Shown: in pieces, positions 11,491-20,733 of the stretch
How the letters are laid out: every line of letters starts with the position of its first letter
Position numbering within the stretch: the stretch's first letter is position 1
Assembly: GCA_034421335.1 (NCBI GenBank)
Contig: DAOUKL010000030.1
Coordinates: 8,753 to 72,752 of the forward strand
Reading direction: 5' to 3'
Source of the DNA: Dehalococcoidia bacterium
GTDB taxonomy: Bacteria > Chloroflexota > Dehalococcoidia > Lucifugimonadales > Australimonadaceae
DNA: 64,000 nt
The notes under the pieces: model-generated
The model's input: the letters and a program-made list of their open reading frames with translations, nothing else
What the model was told of the DNA's origin: nothing
The model's database searches: none
Program-made: the position numbers and the translations under genes

Positions 11491-12042
11491 ATGCCCACCG
11501 ACGTCTTCCACATCGACGCCAACGGCGTTCGCATCTCCGCCGACCGCGCGGTGTTCGCTGAACACACGTACGCCACGCGCAACATCCAGAGCATCGTGAC
11601 GGTGACCGACAAGGGCGTCCGCTGGCCCGGCATGGCCATGCTGTTCACCGGGTTCGGCCTCGTCGCGGTGGGGCTCGTCATCGGGCACACGATCACGCTC
11701 ATGTTCGGCGCCGTCGCCATTCTCTCCGGCTCCCTCAACCTCGCCCGCAAGCGCCCGAAGTATGGAGTCCGCATCGTCACGCAGCGCGGCCCCGTCTACG
11801 TTCTCGCCTCCCAGGACAAGCCGTACGTCGAAACCGTCTCCGCGGCCCTCAGCAAAGCCGTCGACGCCTCCCGTCGCCGCCGGAGGGCCGCCCCAAGCGA
11901 CGCTGCGGCTCCCGGCGACGGAGAGCCTGCCGCCGTGTCCGACTCGTCATCTCCGTCGAGGCGGGAATCCCGCCCCGGCGCCGGCTCCTCCGCGCCTCGG
12001 CCCCGCGGCCAACCCGCGCGGTTTCGCAGGAGACGGAGGTAG
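11491..12042 (+). CDS. DUF6232-like membrane protein with a low-complexity C-terminal tail
   Basis: VRISADRAVFAEHTYATRNIQSI followed by two hydrophobic helices; family assignment from recall. Confidence 0.55.
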   Translation: MPTDVFHIDANGVRISADRAVFAEHTYATRNIQSIVTVTDKGVRWPGMAMLFTGFGLVAVGLVIGHTITLMFGAVAILSGSLNLARKRPKYGVRIVTQRGPVYVLASQDKPYVETVSAALSKAVDASRRRRRAAPSDAAAPGDGEPAAVSDSSSPSRRESRPGAGSSAPRPRGQPARFRRRRR

Positions 12043-12126
12043 AGGAACACGCGCACGTTGGCGTTTGCGCCGCCCGCCCGTGTAGGCTGTCGCCTGCCTG
12101 TGGAGCGCGTCGGGACCGAAGAAGCC

Positions 12127-13623
12127 ATGCGTTCGTTGCGAATACTCATACCCTCCCTTCTACTCGGGGCCGCCGTGGCGCTGTCCGCGTGCTCGAATGA
12201 CGAGGGCGCGGCGTGTCCCTCCGCCGGGGGCCCGACGCCAACGCCGACGAGCGCGCCCTCTCCGGCGCCCACGAGCACGCCTCCGGCCTTCGCGGAGTCG
12301 TACGACTCGAACGCGACGATGTGGGCCATCTTCTCCGACCCCGCCCAGCCGCTCGAGTCGTCCTTGGCGGCGGTCGAAGAAGCAGCCGCCCAGGGCGACG
12401 TCTCCATGGTCCCGATCATCGTCGAGATCATGCGGTTCCAGCGGAGTCCGACCCTGTACGCCGCGTACCTCGACGCCCTGGAGACGCTCACCGGCCAGGA
12501 CTTCAGCGGAGCGGACTCGTGGAACGACGCCATGGAGTGGCTGGGCTCCCGGCGCGACCAGTTCCGTCCGCCTTCCGAATACCTGGAGTGGAAGACGAAC
12601 ATCCTGGGGCTGATCGACCCCAGGATGGCGGCGTTCTTCACCGCCGCTCCGGGCTCCGAGCGCATCGACCTGACGGAGGCCGTTTGGGGCGGCGTTCGCA
12701 CCGACGGCATCCCTGACCTGCAGTTTCCGGAGACCCTCTCGCCGGAGGAAGCAACCTACCTCGACCCCCGCGACCGGGTGTTCGGCGTGTCGATCAACGG
12801 GGAGCACCGCGCCTACCCCCTGCGCATCGTGAACGCGCACGAGATGGCGAACGACATACTGGGAGGCGAGCAGATAGCGCTCGCCTACTGAACGCTCTGC
12901 GGCGCCGGAATCGTGTATTCCGCAAACATCGACGGGGAGCCAACCACCTTCGGCACGTCCGGGATGCTCTACCAGAGCAACAAGCTGATGTACGACCGCG
13001 CCACGAACTCGATATGGAACCAGTTCACCGGGGAGCCCGTCGTCGGCCCCCTCGCCCAGAGCGGCATACAGCTCTCCTTCTTCCCGTCCGTTCTCACCGT
13101 CTGGGAGGACTGGCTGGCGGAGCATCCGGACACCACGGTCATCAGCCAGGAGACGGGCCTCTACCCGGCGCAGTTCTACGTGAACGAGTGGGAACCCGAG
13201 GCCATCTACTACAACTACTTCGCGTCCCCCGGCACGATGTTCCCCGTCTTCAACCGCGACGACACGCTGCGGCCCAAGGAGACCGTCATCGGAGTGTCGG
13301 CAGGGGGACGCCACAAGGCCTATCCGGTCAGCGTCTTCTCCAGCGAACCGGTCATCAACGACGAAGTGGGCGGCTGCAACGTGGTGGTTGTCGCGTCCAA
13401 CCTGTTCGGCGAGGCGCGCGTCTACGAGCGCGGCGGCCGGACGTTCTCCGGTGACCCCGATGGCTCGGTCCGGGACAGCGGCGGGGCGCTATGGACCGCC
13501 GGAGAGAACGCGCTGGAGGAATCGGACGGCGAGAGTTCCCTTCCGCGCATCCCGACCGTCACCTCGTTCTGGCACGGCTGGTTCAGCTTCCACCCCGACA
13601 CCGCCCTCTACGGGGAGGAGTGA
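12127..13623 (+). CDS. DUF3179-family selenolipoprotein (498 aa, Sec at codon 255, UxxC)
   Basis: Lipobox LSAC. Track ORFs 12058-12891 and 12913-13623 are in the same frame, joined by TGA 12889-12891 and reading LAY-U-TLC-GAGIVYS at the family CxxC position. DUF3179 motifs RAYPLRIV...HE..ND and FGTSGMLYQSNKLMYDRAT.S.W.Q are present. Confidence 0.88.
12906..12922 (+). promoter_or_regulatory. Putative bacterial SECIS hairpin for the DUF3179 UGA
   Basis: Stem CGGAAT/ATTCCG, loop CGTGT with GU near the loop start, loop beginning 20 nt after the UGA. Confidence 0.6.
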
Positions 13624-13643
13624 CGGGGGCGAAGCGCCACCCC

Positions 13644-16571
13644 CTACCGCAGCGCGTCGGCGAGGTGCTCCGCCCAGTGGCGCGGGGTCTTGCTCGTGAA
13701 GTGGCCTATCTGCTGGCGGCAGGAAATGCCGGAGACGGCGACGGGCCAGCCGCGCTTCTCCTCCGCCTCGATGGCCGGGAAGAGCTTGAGCGACCCCATC
13801 GCCTTCGACGTCTCGTAGTGCTCCTTCTCGAACCCGAACGTCCCCGCCATGCCGCAGCACGCCGAGTCGATCAGTTCCGGCTCGTAGCCGGCGAGCGAGA
13901 GCGCCGTCAGCGTCGGCCCGGCGCCCACCAGCGCCTTCTGGTGACAGTGCCCGTGCACCTGCACTGGACCCCTGTCCCGCGCCACAAAGACGTTCCGAAC
14001 GGCGTCTGGCTCGTTCGCGGCGAGTTGCGCCAGCAGTTCGTCCAGCATCACGGCCTGACCTGCCACCAGCCGTGACTCGTCGTCGCGCAGCAGTTCCGGG
14101 TACTCGTCGCGCAGCGTCAGCAGGCATGACGGCTCGGTGCCGACGATGAGCGCGCCCGCGGCGGCGTGCGGCGCGAGCGCGCGAACGTTCTCGCGCGCCC
14201 ACCCCTTCGCCTTGGCGAGCTGCCCCTTCGAGATGAGCGGACGCCCGCAGCAGCCCCGCCGCGTCTCGATCTTCACGTTGTAGCCGAGCGCTTCGAGCAC
14301 CCGCACGGCGGCGCGCCCGACCTCCGGGTGCATGTACTCCGTGAACGTGTCGTGGAAATACACGGCGTCGCCCCGCGCGCCGTCCGTTCGCGGCTTGCGC
14401 TTGCGGAACCACGACGAGAAGCGGCGCAGGGCGAACCTCGGCAGCGGGCGCTCCCGCGAAATCCCGGCGAAGCGCTCGGCCAGCGCGCGCGCCGGCGGAA
14501 GGTCGGCCATGAAGTTCGTGAACGGCGCCAGCGCCTGCCCGACCCTGCTGAGGCGGGCAACCTCGCCGAACAGCCGCGCCCGCAGCGGCAGCCCGTGCTC
14601 CTCGTAGTACTTGCTCAGCACCTCGGACTTGAGTTTCGCCATATCGACGTTCGAGGGGCACTCCGCCTTGCACGCTTTGCACTCGATGCACAGGTCCATC
14701 GTTTCGTATAGCCGCTTCCCCGTCAGCTCCTCGGCGGGGAGTTTCCCGCTCAGCACCATCCGCAGCATCGTCGCCCGCGCCCGCGTCGAGTGCTCCTCCT
14801 CGCGCGTCGCCATGAACGACGGGCACATTCCGCCGTCGAGCTTCCGGCACGCGCCCTGGCTGTTGCACATCTCCACGTGGGCGGCGAACCCGCCGTCGTC
14901 CGAGAAGTCGAGGTAGGTGGGGATGTCGAACGCCTTGTAGTCCGGGCTTATGCGCAGGTTCTCGCGAATGCCGGGCGTCTCGATTATCTTGCCGGGGTTC
15001 ATTATCGAGTCCGGGTCGAACGCGGCCTTCAGCTCCTTGAACGCCTGGTAGATATCCGAGCCGAACATCTTCTCGGTGAAGACGCCGCGAACGATGCCGT
15101 CGCCGTGCTCGCCAGTGAGGCTCCCTCCGAACTCCAGCACCAGGTCGGAGATCTCCTCCGCGATCGAGGCCATCGTCTCTACGCCGTCGCGCTCCTTGAG
15201 GTTCACCACGGGGCGAATGTGCAGGCAGCCCGTCGACGCGTGGCCGTAGTAAGCGGACTCGGTGCCGTGCCGCGCCACGATCTCCTCGAACCGGCGCACG
15301 TACTCCGGCAACTGCTCCGGCGAGACGGCGGTGTCCTCCACGTAGGGCAGAGGTTTGGCGTCGCCTTTCAGCGCCATCGCGAGCCCGAGGCCGGCCTCGC
15401 GCAGCGCGTACCAGCGGCGCTGCTCGTCCGGGTCGTTGGTGATCATCGTCGCGTAGCCGAGCCGCCGATGCTCCATGTCCGCCTTGAGCGCTTCGAGCTT
15501 CGACCGCACTTCGCGGGGCGATTCGCCGTAGAACTCGACGAACAGCAGTTCCCGCGGCTCGCCGATGAAGTAGTTGAGCAGGTGGCGGTAGCCCGCGTTC
15601 ACCTTGCAGTTGTCGATGATCATGTGCCCGATGAGCTCGACCGCCGACGGGCTGTGTTCGAGGATGGGCGGCGCGGCTTCCATGCACTCGATGAGGTCCG
15701 TGAAGTGCACGACCCCCAGTCCCTTGTACTCCGGCACGGGCACCAGGTTCACTCGCGCCTCGGTTACGGCCACGAGCGTTCCCTCGGAGCCGACGACCGC
15801 CCGCGTGAGGTTCATCGGCCCGTCGCTCATGAAGTCGTCGAGGTTGTAGCCCATCACGCGCCGGAGAATGCGCGGGAACCGCTGCGCTATCTCGTCGGCG
15901 TGCTCCCACGCCAGGCGCCGCGTCTCCCTGTAGACGGCGCCCTCGAGGTCGGACTGGGACATCTTGTCCTCGAGCGCCGCGCCCGTCGTGGGCGCGAAGT
16001 GAACGCGGCTGCCGTCCGAGAGGATGGCGTCGACTTCGAGGATGTGGTCGAGCGTCTTGCCGTATATCACCGAGTGCGGCCCGCAGGAGTTGTTGCCGAT
16101 GCCGCCGCCCACGGTCGCGCGGGCGCTCGTAACCGGGTCGGGGCCGTACATCAGTCCGTGCCGGCGCACGGCGGCGGAGAGGTGGTTGTTGACGATTCCC
16201 GGCTGCACCCGCGCCCAGCGTTCCTCGGGCGACACTTCGAGCACGTTCCGCATGTACTTCGAGAAGTCGATGACGATCGCGTGGTTCGTCGTCTGACCCG
16301 CCAGCGCGGTGCCTCCGCCCCGGGGCATCACCGGCACGCCGTGGCTGCGGGCGACATGGATCGCCGCCTCGACGTCGTCGGCGTTGCGCGGCACGACCAC
16401 CCCCACCGGCGTCATCTGGTAGATCGACGCGTCGGTGGAGTACATCAGGCGGTTGTAGCGGTCCATGCGGACTTCGCCGGAGATCTGGCCGCGCAGTTCC
16501 TCGGAGATGGCGCCAATCTCTCTCTCGGAGATGGCGGCGCCTTTGCGAGCGGTCTCGTACAGAAGCGGCAT
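13644..16571 (-). CDS. FAD-binding/Fe-S oxidoreductase (GlcD/GlcF-type fusion, YdiJ-like 2-hydroxyacid dehydrogenase)
   Basis: YSTDASIY, PRGGGTALAGQ, GSEGTL, GEHGDG, CPSF, CIECKACKAECP, CCGRP, HGHCHQ, CCGMAGTFG. Confidence 0.88.
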   Translation of the reverse strand: MPLLYETARKGAAISEREIGAISEELRGQISGEVRMDRYNRLMYSTDASIYQMTPVGVVVPRNADDVEAAIHVARSHGVPVMPRGGGTALAGQTTNHAIVIDFSKYMRNVLEVSPEERWARVQPGIVNNHLSAAVRRHGLMYGPDPVTSARATVGGGIGNNSCGPHSVIYGKTLDHILEVDAILSDGSRVHFAPTTGAALEDKMSQSDLEGAVYRETRRLAWEHADEIAQRFPRILRRVMGYNLDDFMSDGPMNLTRAVVGSEGTLVAVTEARVNLVPVPEYKGLGVVHFTDLIECMEAAPPILEHSPSAVELIGHMIIDNCKVNAGYRHLLNYFIGEPRELLFVEFYGESPREVRSKLEALKADMEHRRLGYATMITNDPDEQRRWYALREAGLGLAMALKGDAKPLPYVEDTAVSPEQLPEYVRRFEEIVARHGTESAYYGHASTGCLHIRPVVNLKERDGVETMASIAEEISDLVLEFGGSLTGEHGDGIVRGVFTEKMFGSDIYQAFKELKAAFDPDSIMNPGKIIETPGIRENLRISPDYKAFDIPTYLDFSDDGGFAAHVEMCNSQGACRKLDGGMCPSFMATREEEHSTRARATMLRMVLSGKLPAEELTGKRLYETMDLCIECKACKAECPSNVDMAKLKSEVLSKYYEEHGLPLRARLFGEVARLSRVGQALAPFTNFMADLPPARALAERFAGISRERPLPRFALRRFSSWFRKRKPRTDGARGDAVYFHDTFTEYMHPEVGRAAVRVLEALGYNVKIETRRGCCGRPLISKGQLAKAKGWARENVRALAPHAAAGALIVGTEPSCLLTLRDEYPELLRDDESRLVAGQAVMLDELLAQLAANEPDAVRNVFVARDRGPVQVHGHCHQKALVGAGPTLTALSLAGYEPELIDSACCGMAGTFGFEKEHYETSKAMGSLKLFPAIEAEEKRGWPVAVSGISCRQQIGHFTSKTPRHWAEHLADALR

Positions 16572-16648
16572 GAAGCCTCCCTAACCCCAGGTTCAACCCG
16601 AGCGCCCATTGTATGCCAAGCCGAGGAGTGGTTCGTGGCGTCCCTTCT

Positions 16649-16675
16649 GTCATTCTGAGCACGGCGAAGAATATC
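16649..16675. repeat. REP-like element (GTCATTCTGAGC...GCGAAGAAT family)
   Basis: gtcattctgagcacggcgaagaatatc in an intergenic region matches a recalled widespread REP consensus; single copy in this window. Confidence 0.45.
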
Positions 16676-16745
16676 GAGCCCCGCGGGTATGGCGCCCTTA
16701 CGCGCTGTGCGATAGCCTCCACCCCGTAAGACTCAGGAGGCCGTC

Positions 16746-17291
16746 ATGGTTGACCGGAACGACTCCACCGCGGACGACAAGCCCCCCGTCAAGTCGCTCG
16801 GACCCCTGGAGCTCCAGCTCATGGACGCCCTGTGGGACGCCCCCGAGCCCCTTTCCGTCCAGGGCGTCGTCGATTCCCTTGGGCCCGGCCGCAACTACAA
16901 GACCGTGATGACCGTCCTCAACCGGCTCGTCGCCAAGGGCCTGCTCGACCGCGAACTCGACGGCCGCGCTTACCGCTATCACGCCCGGCAGCCCCGGGCG
17001 GACTTCCTCCGCGCAGCCGCCGACGAACTCGTCCATGACTACCTGGCCTCGTACGGGGACGGCGCAGAGGCCAGCCTGGCCGAGGCCCTCGGCGTTCGCG
17101 CACCGACGGACGGAGAACAGCGGGAGCAACCCGCCGCGCCTCCGCCCGTCGTCGCGCAAGTCTTCTCCCTTGGGGACTCGCAGCCGCAACCCGCGCGGGA
17201 ACGGAGGTCGCTCGCGGCGTTCATCTTTGTCGCGCTTGCCCTGGAGACCGCCATCCTCCTTCTCACCCTCGCCCGGCGCGGCGTCCGCTGA
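16746..17291 (+). CDS. BlaI/MecI/CopY-family transcriptional regulator with a C-terminal hydrophobic helix
   Basis: LGPLELQLMDALW...YKTVMTVLNRLVAKGLLDR...GRAYRY; C-terminal LAAFIFVALALETAILLLTL. Confidence 0.85.
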   Translation: MVDRNDSTADDKPPVKSLGPLELQLMDALWDAPEPLSVQGVVDSLGPGRNYKTVMTVLNRLVAKGLLDRELDGRAYRYHARQPRADFLRAAADELVHDYLASYGDGAEASLAEALGVRAPTDGEQREQPAAPPPVVAQVFSLGDSQPQPARERRSLAAFIFVALALETAILLLTLARRGVR

Positions 17292-17301
17292 CGGGCGGCC
17301 A

Positions 17302-18021
17302 GTGGACTGGGACGCTTTCCGTACGGCGGCGGCTGGGCTTTCCGTCGACCTCGACGACCGCCAGATGGCGCAATTCCAGCGCCTGCTCGCGCATCTGCAT
17401 GACGCCAATCGCGCTGCCGCCATCACCTCCGAGGCCGCGCTCCACGACGCCCTCCGCGTCCACTTCCTCGACGCCCTTGCCCTCGTCCCCATCATCCGCG
17501 AGGCGGGCCTCGACAACGGCCGCCTCGTCGACATCGGCTCGGGCGGAGGCTTCCCCGGCATCCCGCTCAAGATCGCCCTGCCCGACATCGACCTCACGCT
17601 CATCGACGCGGCGCGCAAGAAGACGGAGGCGCTCGAGCGCGCTGTCGACGCCCTTGGCGTCGAGGCCCGCGTGCTCCAGCTCCGCGCAGAGAACGCGGGG
17701 CGCGACCCCGCACTGCGCGAGGCATTCGACCTCGCGACGGCCCGCGCGATTGGCCCATGGCCCGTCGTGCTCGAGCTCGCGCTTCCGCTCTGCGCCCTTG
17801 GAGGACGCCTTCTCGGTCAGCGCGGCGCCGACGGCCCCGCTGAATCGGCGCGCTGCGAGCCCGTCGCCGCCGCGCTGGGCGGACGCGTGATGCGGGTCGA
17901 TGCGGTCGGCGCTCCGGCGGGGCTGGACGCCCGCCACGTCGTTATAGTCGAGAAAGTCGGACCGACGCCGGAGCGCTACCCGCGCAGGCAGGGGATACCG
18001 GCGAAGCGTCCGCTGGGCTAA
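17302..18021 (+). CDS. rsmG: 16S rRNA (guanine(527)-N7)-methyltransferase
   Basis: HFLDAL, VDIGSGGGFPGIPLKI, RAE, ARA, RRQGIPAKRPL; start trimmed to GTG 17302. Confidence 0.93.
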   Translation: MDWDAFRTAAAGLSVDLDDRQMAQFQRLLAHLHDANRAAAITSEAALHDALRVHFLDALALVPIIREAGLDNGRLVDIGSGGGFPGIPLKIALPDIDLTLIDAARKKTEALERAVDALGVEARVLQLRAENAGRDPALREAFDLATARAIGPWPVVLELALPLCALGGRLLGQRGADGPAESARCEPVAAALGGRVMRVDAVGAPAGLDARHVVIVEKVGPTPERYPRRQGIPAKRPLG

Positions 18022-18032
18022 CCTGTGTAGCC

Positions 18033-19064
18033 GTGCCGGATCCTGCGCTCCAGCCCCCGGGCAACGTATCGCTGCGGCGACGCTTCCTGTCGCCGCAGAC
18101 CGTCGTGTCGCTCGCCGTCCTCCCGGTCGCCCTCGCCCTCGTCATCTGGCGGTTCGACATCGCATGGAGCGACACTTGGGAGATCATCCGGGCGCTCGAT
18201 TTCCGGTGGTACGCAGCCGGCTTTGTCATCCACTACGCCACCTTCATCTTCCGCGGCGCGCGATGGCGCGCGCTCCTGCAGAACGCCAGCCGCAAGGACG
18301 GCGGCCCTGTCCCCGGCGCCTTCTACGCCGCGCGCGTCATCCTGCTCAGCTGGTTCGCAAACTCCGTAACCTGGTTCCGCATGGGCGACGCCTACCGCGC
18401 CTACGTCTTCGCCGAGGACAGCAAGTCGAGTTTCCTCCGCAGCATGGGCAGCGTCCTCGCCGACCGCCTCGTCGACCTCTCCGTCGTCGCGTTCCTTATG
18501 ACGCTCGGCATGGCTGTCCTGCTCGTCGGAGGGCAGGTCAACCCCCCGCTGTTTCTCATGGTTATCGCGGCGGGGCTGCTCGTCGCGGTCGCCGTCGCTC
18601 TCGGCGCCATGGTCGTCGCCCGGCGCTGGGTCACCCCGCGCCTCCCGCGCCGCGCCCGCGACATCTACCTGCGCTTCCACGACGGCGCTCTCGGCAGCTT
18701 CGGCCGGATGCACGTCGTATTCGCCCTCGGCGTCGCCGGCTGGCTCTGCGAGGTCGGACGCCTCTTCTGCGTCGTCATGGCCGTCGGAACCCCCATAGCC
18801 CTCGGGCTCGTGCTCTTCGTGCCGATGGCTAACGGCCTGCTCAGCGCCCTGCCGCTCACTCCCGGCGGGCTGGGCGTCGTCGAGACCGGCATCACCGGAC
18901 TGCTGGGGCTCGAACTCGCCGTCGAGGCGGCTATCGCCGTCGCGCTTGTCGACCGCACCATCAGCTACGTTAGCATCGTGCTCGTCGGGGGCATCGTATT
19001 CGTCGCCAGGCAAATCGGAACGGCGAGGCGCGCAGGCGCCCCGCCCATTGGAGGAAACGCATGA
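18033..19064 (+). CDS. Lysylphosphatidylglycerol synthase TM-region / flippase-like protein (UPF0104)
   Basis: RGARWRALL, FRMGDAYRAY, DRLVD, LPLTPGGLGVVE, DRTISY. Confidence 0.85.
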   Translation: MPDPALQPPGNVSLRRRFLSPQTVVSLAVLPVALALVIWRFDIAWSDTWEIIRALDFRWYAAGFVIHYATFIFRGARWRALLQNASRKDGGPVPGAFYAARVILLSWFANSVTWFRMGDAYRAYVFAEDSKSSFLRSMGSVLADRLVDLSVVAFLMTLGMAVLLVGGQVNPPLFLMVIAAGLLVAVAVALGAMVVARRWVTPRLPRRARDIYLRFHDGALGSFGRMHVVFALGVAGWLCEVGRLFCVVMAVGTPIALGLVLFVPMANGLLSALPLTPGGLGVVETGITGLLGLELAVEAAIAVALVDRTISYVSIVLVGGIVFVARQIGTARRAGAPPIGGNA

Positions 19065-19828
19065 TAGACGGCGCATTCAGAGCCAGGTTGAAGGCGGGCG
19101 ACCCCCTCGTCGGCGTCTTCGTCAGCATCGAGTCGCCCACCACCGCCGAGTTGCTCGCTCTCGCGGGGGTCGACTACCTCATGATCGACGGCGAGCACAA
19201 CCCCATCGGTCCCGCCGAGGCGGTGGACATGGTGCGCGCCGCCGAGGCGCGCCGCGTTCCGGTGATGGCCCGCGTCGGCGAAAACACGCAGCAGGTCATC
19301 GCCAAGTACCTCGACGCCGGCGCCCTCGGGGTGATGACCCCCATGGTCAACAACGCCGCCGACGCACAACGCGTCGTTGACTCCGTCAAGTACCCGCCCG
19401 ACGGCAAGCGGGGGCTCGCGGGCGTCCGCGCCAACGACTTCGCGACCGGCCCCGATTACACGGCCCACGCCAACGACGCCACCATCGTGATGGTCCAGAT
19501 AGAGACGCTCGGCGGCATCAAGAACGCCGACGAGATCATCGCGACCGACGGCGTCGACGCCGTCTTCCTCGGCCCCTCCGACCTATCGGTCGCCTTGGGG
19601 GTCCCCGGCCAGGCCAAGCACCAAAGCGTGCTCGACTGCATCGAGCAGCTGACCGCAAAGATAACCAGGGCCGGCAAGACAGCCGGCACCATCGCCCGCG
19701 CCCCCGAAGACTACGCCTACTGGCGCGACCGCGGCGTGCAACTCTTCCTCACCGGCGCCAACGGTCTGCTGCTCGCCGCCGCCAAGTCGTACGTCGACGG
19801 CGCCCGGGCTGCTGAGGAGGGACGCTGA
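19061..19828 (+). CDS. HpcH/HpaI (GarL-like) class II aldolase
   Basis: IDGEHNP, LDAGALGVMTPMV, KYPPDGKRG, VQIET, FLGPSDLS. Confidence 0.9.
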   Translation: MIDGAFRARLKAGDPLVGVFVSIESPTTAELLALAGVDYLMIDGEHNPIGPAEAVDMVRAAEARRVPVMARVGENTQQVIAKYLDAGALGVMTPMVNNAADAQRVVDSVKYPPDGKRGLAGVRANDFATGPDYTAHANDATIVMVQIETLGGIKNADEIIATDGVDAVFLGPSDLSVALGVPGQAKHQSVLDCIEQLTAKITRAGKTAGTIARAPEDYAYWRDRGVQLFLTGANGLLLAAAKSYVDGARAAEEGR

Positions 19829-20733
19829 TGACCTCCAAGCCCGAAACCGTGGGAGTCGTCGGCACGGGCATCATGGGAGCGCCCATGGCGCGCAATCTGG
19901 CGAAGGCCGGTTTCGACGTCATCGCGTACAACCGCACTCCGGCCAAGGCGGAGGTCCTGCGCGGCGACGGCGTAACCGTCGTCGAGTCGATCGCCGAAGT
20001 CGGGCGGCGAGCCTCGATCGTCATCACCATGGTTCCGGACACCCCCGACGTGCTGGCCGTCGTCGAGGGCGAGGGCGGGCTCATAGGCGCGATGGCCCCG
20101 GGTTCCGTCCTCGTCGATATGAGCACCATCTCCCCCGGTGAGACGCGCGCCCTCGCCTCGCGTCTTGCCGCTTCGGGCGTCGCCATGCTCGACGCTCCGG
20201 TGAGCGGCGGGTCGTGGGGCGCGCAGCAGGCCACGCTCACGATTATGGTCGGCGGCGAGCAGGAGACGTTCGAGCGCTGCCTGCCGGTGTTCGAGGCGAT
20301 GGGCAAGAGCATTACCCTCATGGGTCCGTCCGGCATGGGGCAGACCACCAAGCTCGTGAACCAGATCCTCGTCGCAGGCACGGCCTCCGCCGTCGCGGAG
20401 GCGCTCGTTTTCGCCGCCGCGCAGGGCGCCGACCTGCTGAAGACGATCGAGGCGGTCTCCGGCGGCGCCGCCGGCTCGTGGCAGCTCGCCAATCTCGGCC
20501 CCCGCATGGTCAAGGGCGACTTCGCCCCCGGCTTCATGGTGAAGCTGCAACAGAAGGACCTCCGCCTCATTCTCGAGGCCGCCCAGGAACAGCGCGTTCC
20601 CCTCCCCGTAATCGGTCTCGCCCGGCAGTACTTCACCGCGCTGGAGGCGCTCGGACTCGGCGACGAGGGGACCCAGGCCATAATCAAGGCCGTCGAGCAG
20701 TTGGCCGGACGCGAGGCGCGGCAGCAGGCATGA
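19828..20733 (+). CDS. 2-hydroxy-3-oxopropionate reductase / 3-hydroxyisobutyrate dehydrogenase family
   Basis: GVVGTGIMGAPMARNL, VDMSTISP, LDAPVSGG, FAPGFMVKLQQKDL. Confidence 0.9.
   Translation: MTSKPETVGVVGTGIMGAPMARNLAKAGFDVIAYNRTPAKAEVLRGDGVTVVESIAEVGRRASIVITMVPDTPDVLAVVEGEGGLIGAMAPGSVLVDMSTISPGETRALASRLAASGVAMLDAPVSGGSWGAQQATLTIMVGGEQETFERCLPVFEAMGKSITLMGPSGMGQTTKLVNQILVAGTASAVAEALVFAAAQGADLLKTIEAVSGGAAGSWQLANLGPRMVKGDFAPGFMVKLQQKDLRLILEAAQEQRVPLPVIGLARQYFTALEALGLGDEGTQAIIKAVEQLAGREARQQA

Noticed and set aside
12889-12891. Nonsense mutation or pseudogene reading of the DUF3179 split
   Set aside because: The stop is TGA exactly at a conserved Cys position, with a SECIS-like hairpin and a Sec-type selD in the same window; Sec recoding is the simpler explanation
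13489-16722. Very long antisense/alternative-frame ORFs (also 22968-25505, 38444-41038, 27326-29440, 3961-5679)
   Set aside because: Shadow ORFs of high-GC coding DNA: Arg/Ala/Gly-rich, no motifs, and fully overlapping recognisable genes
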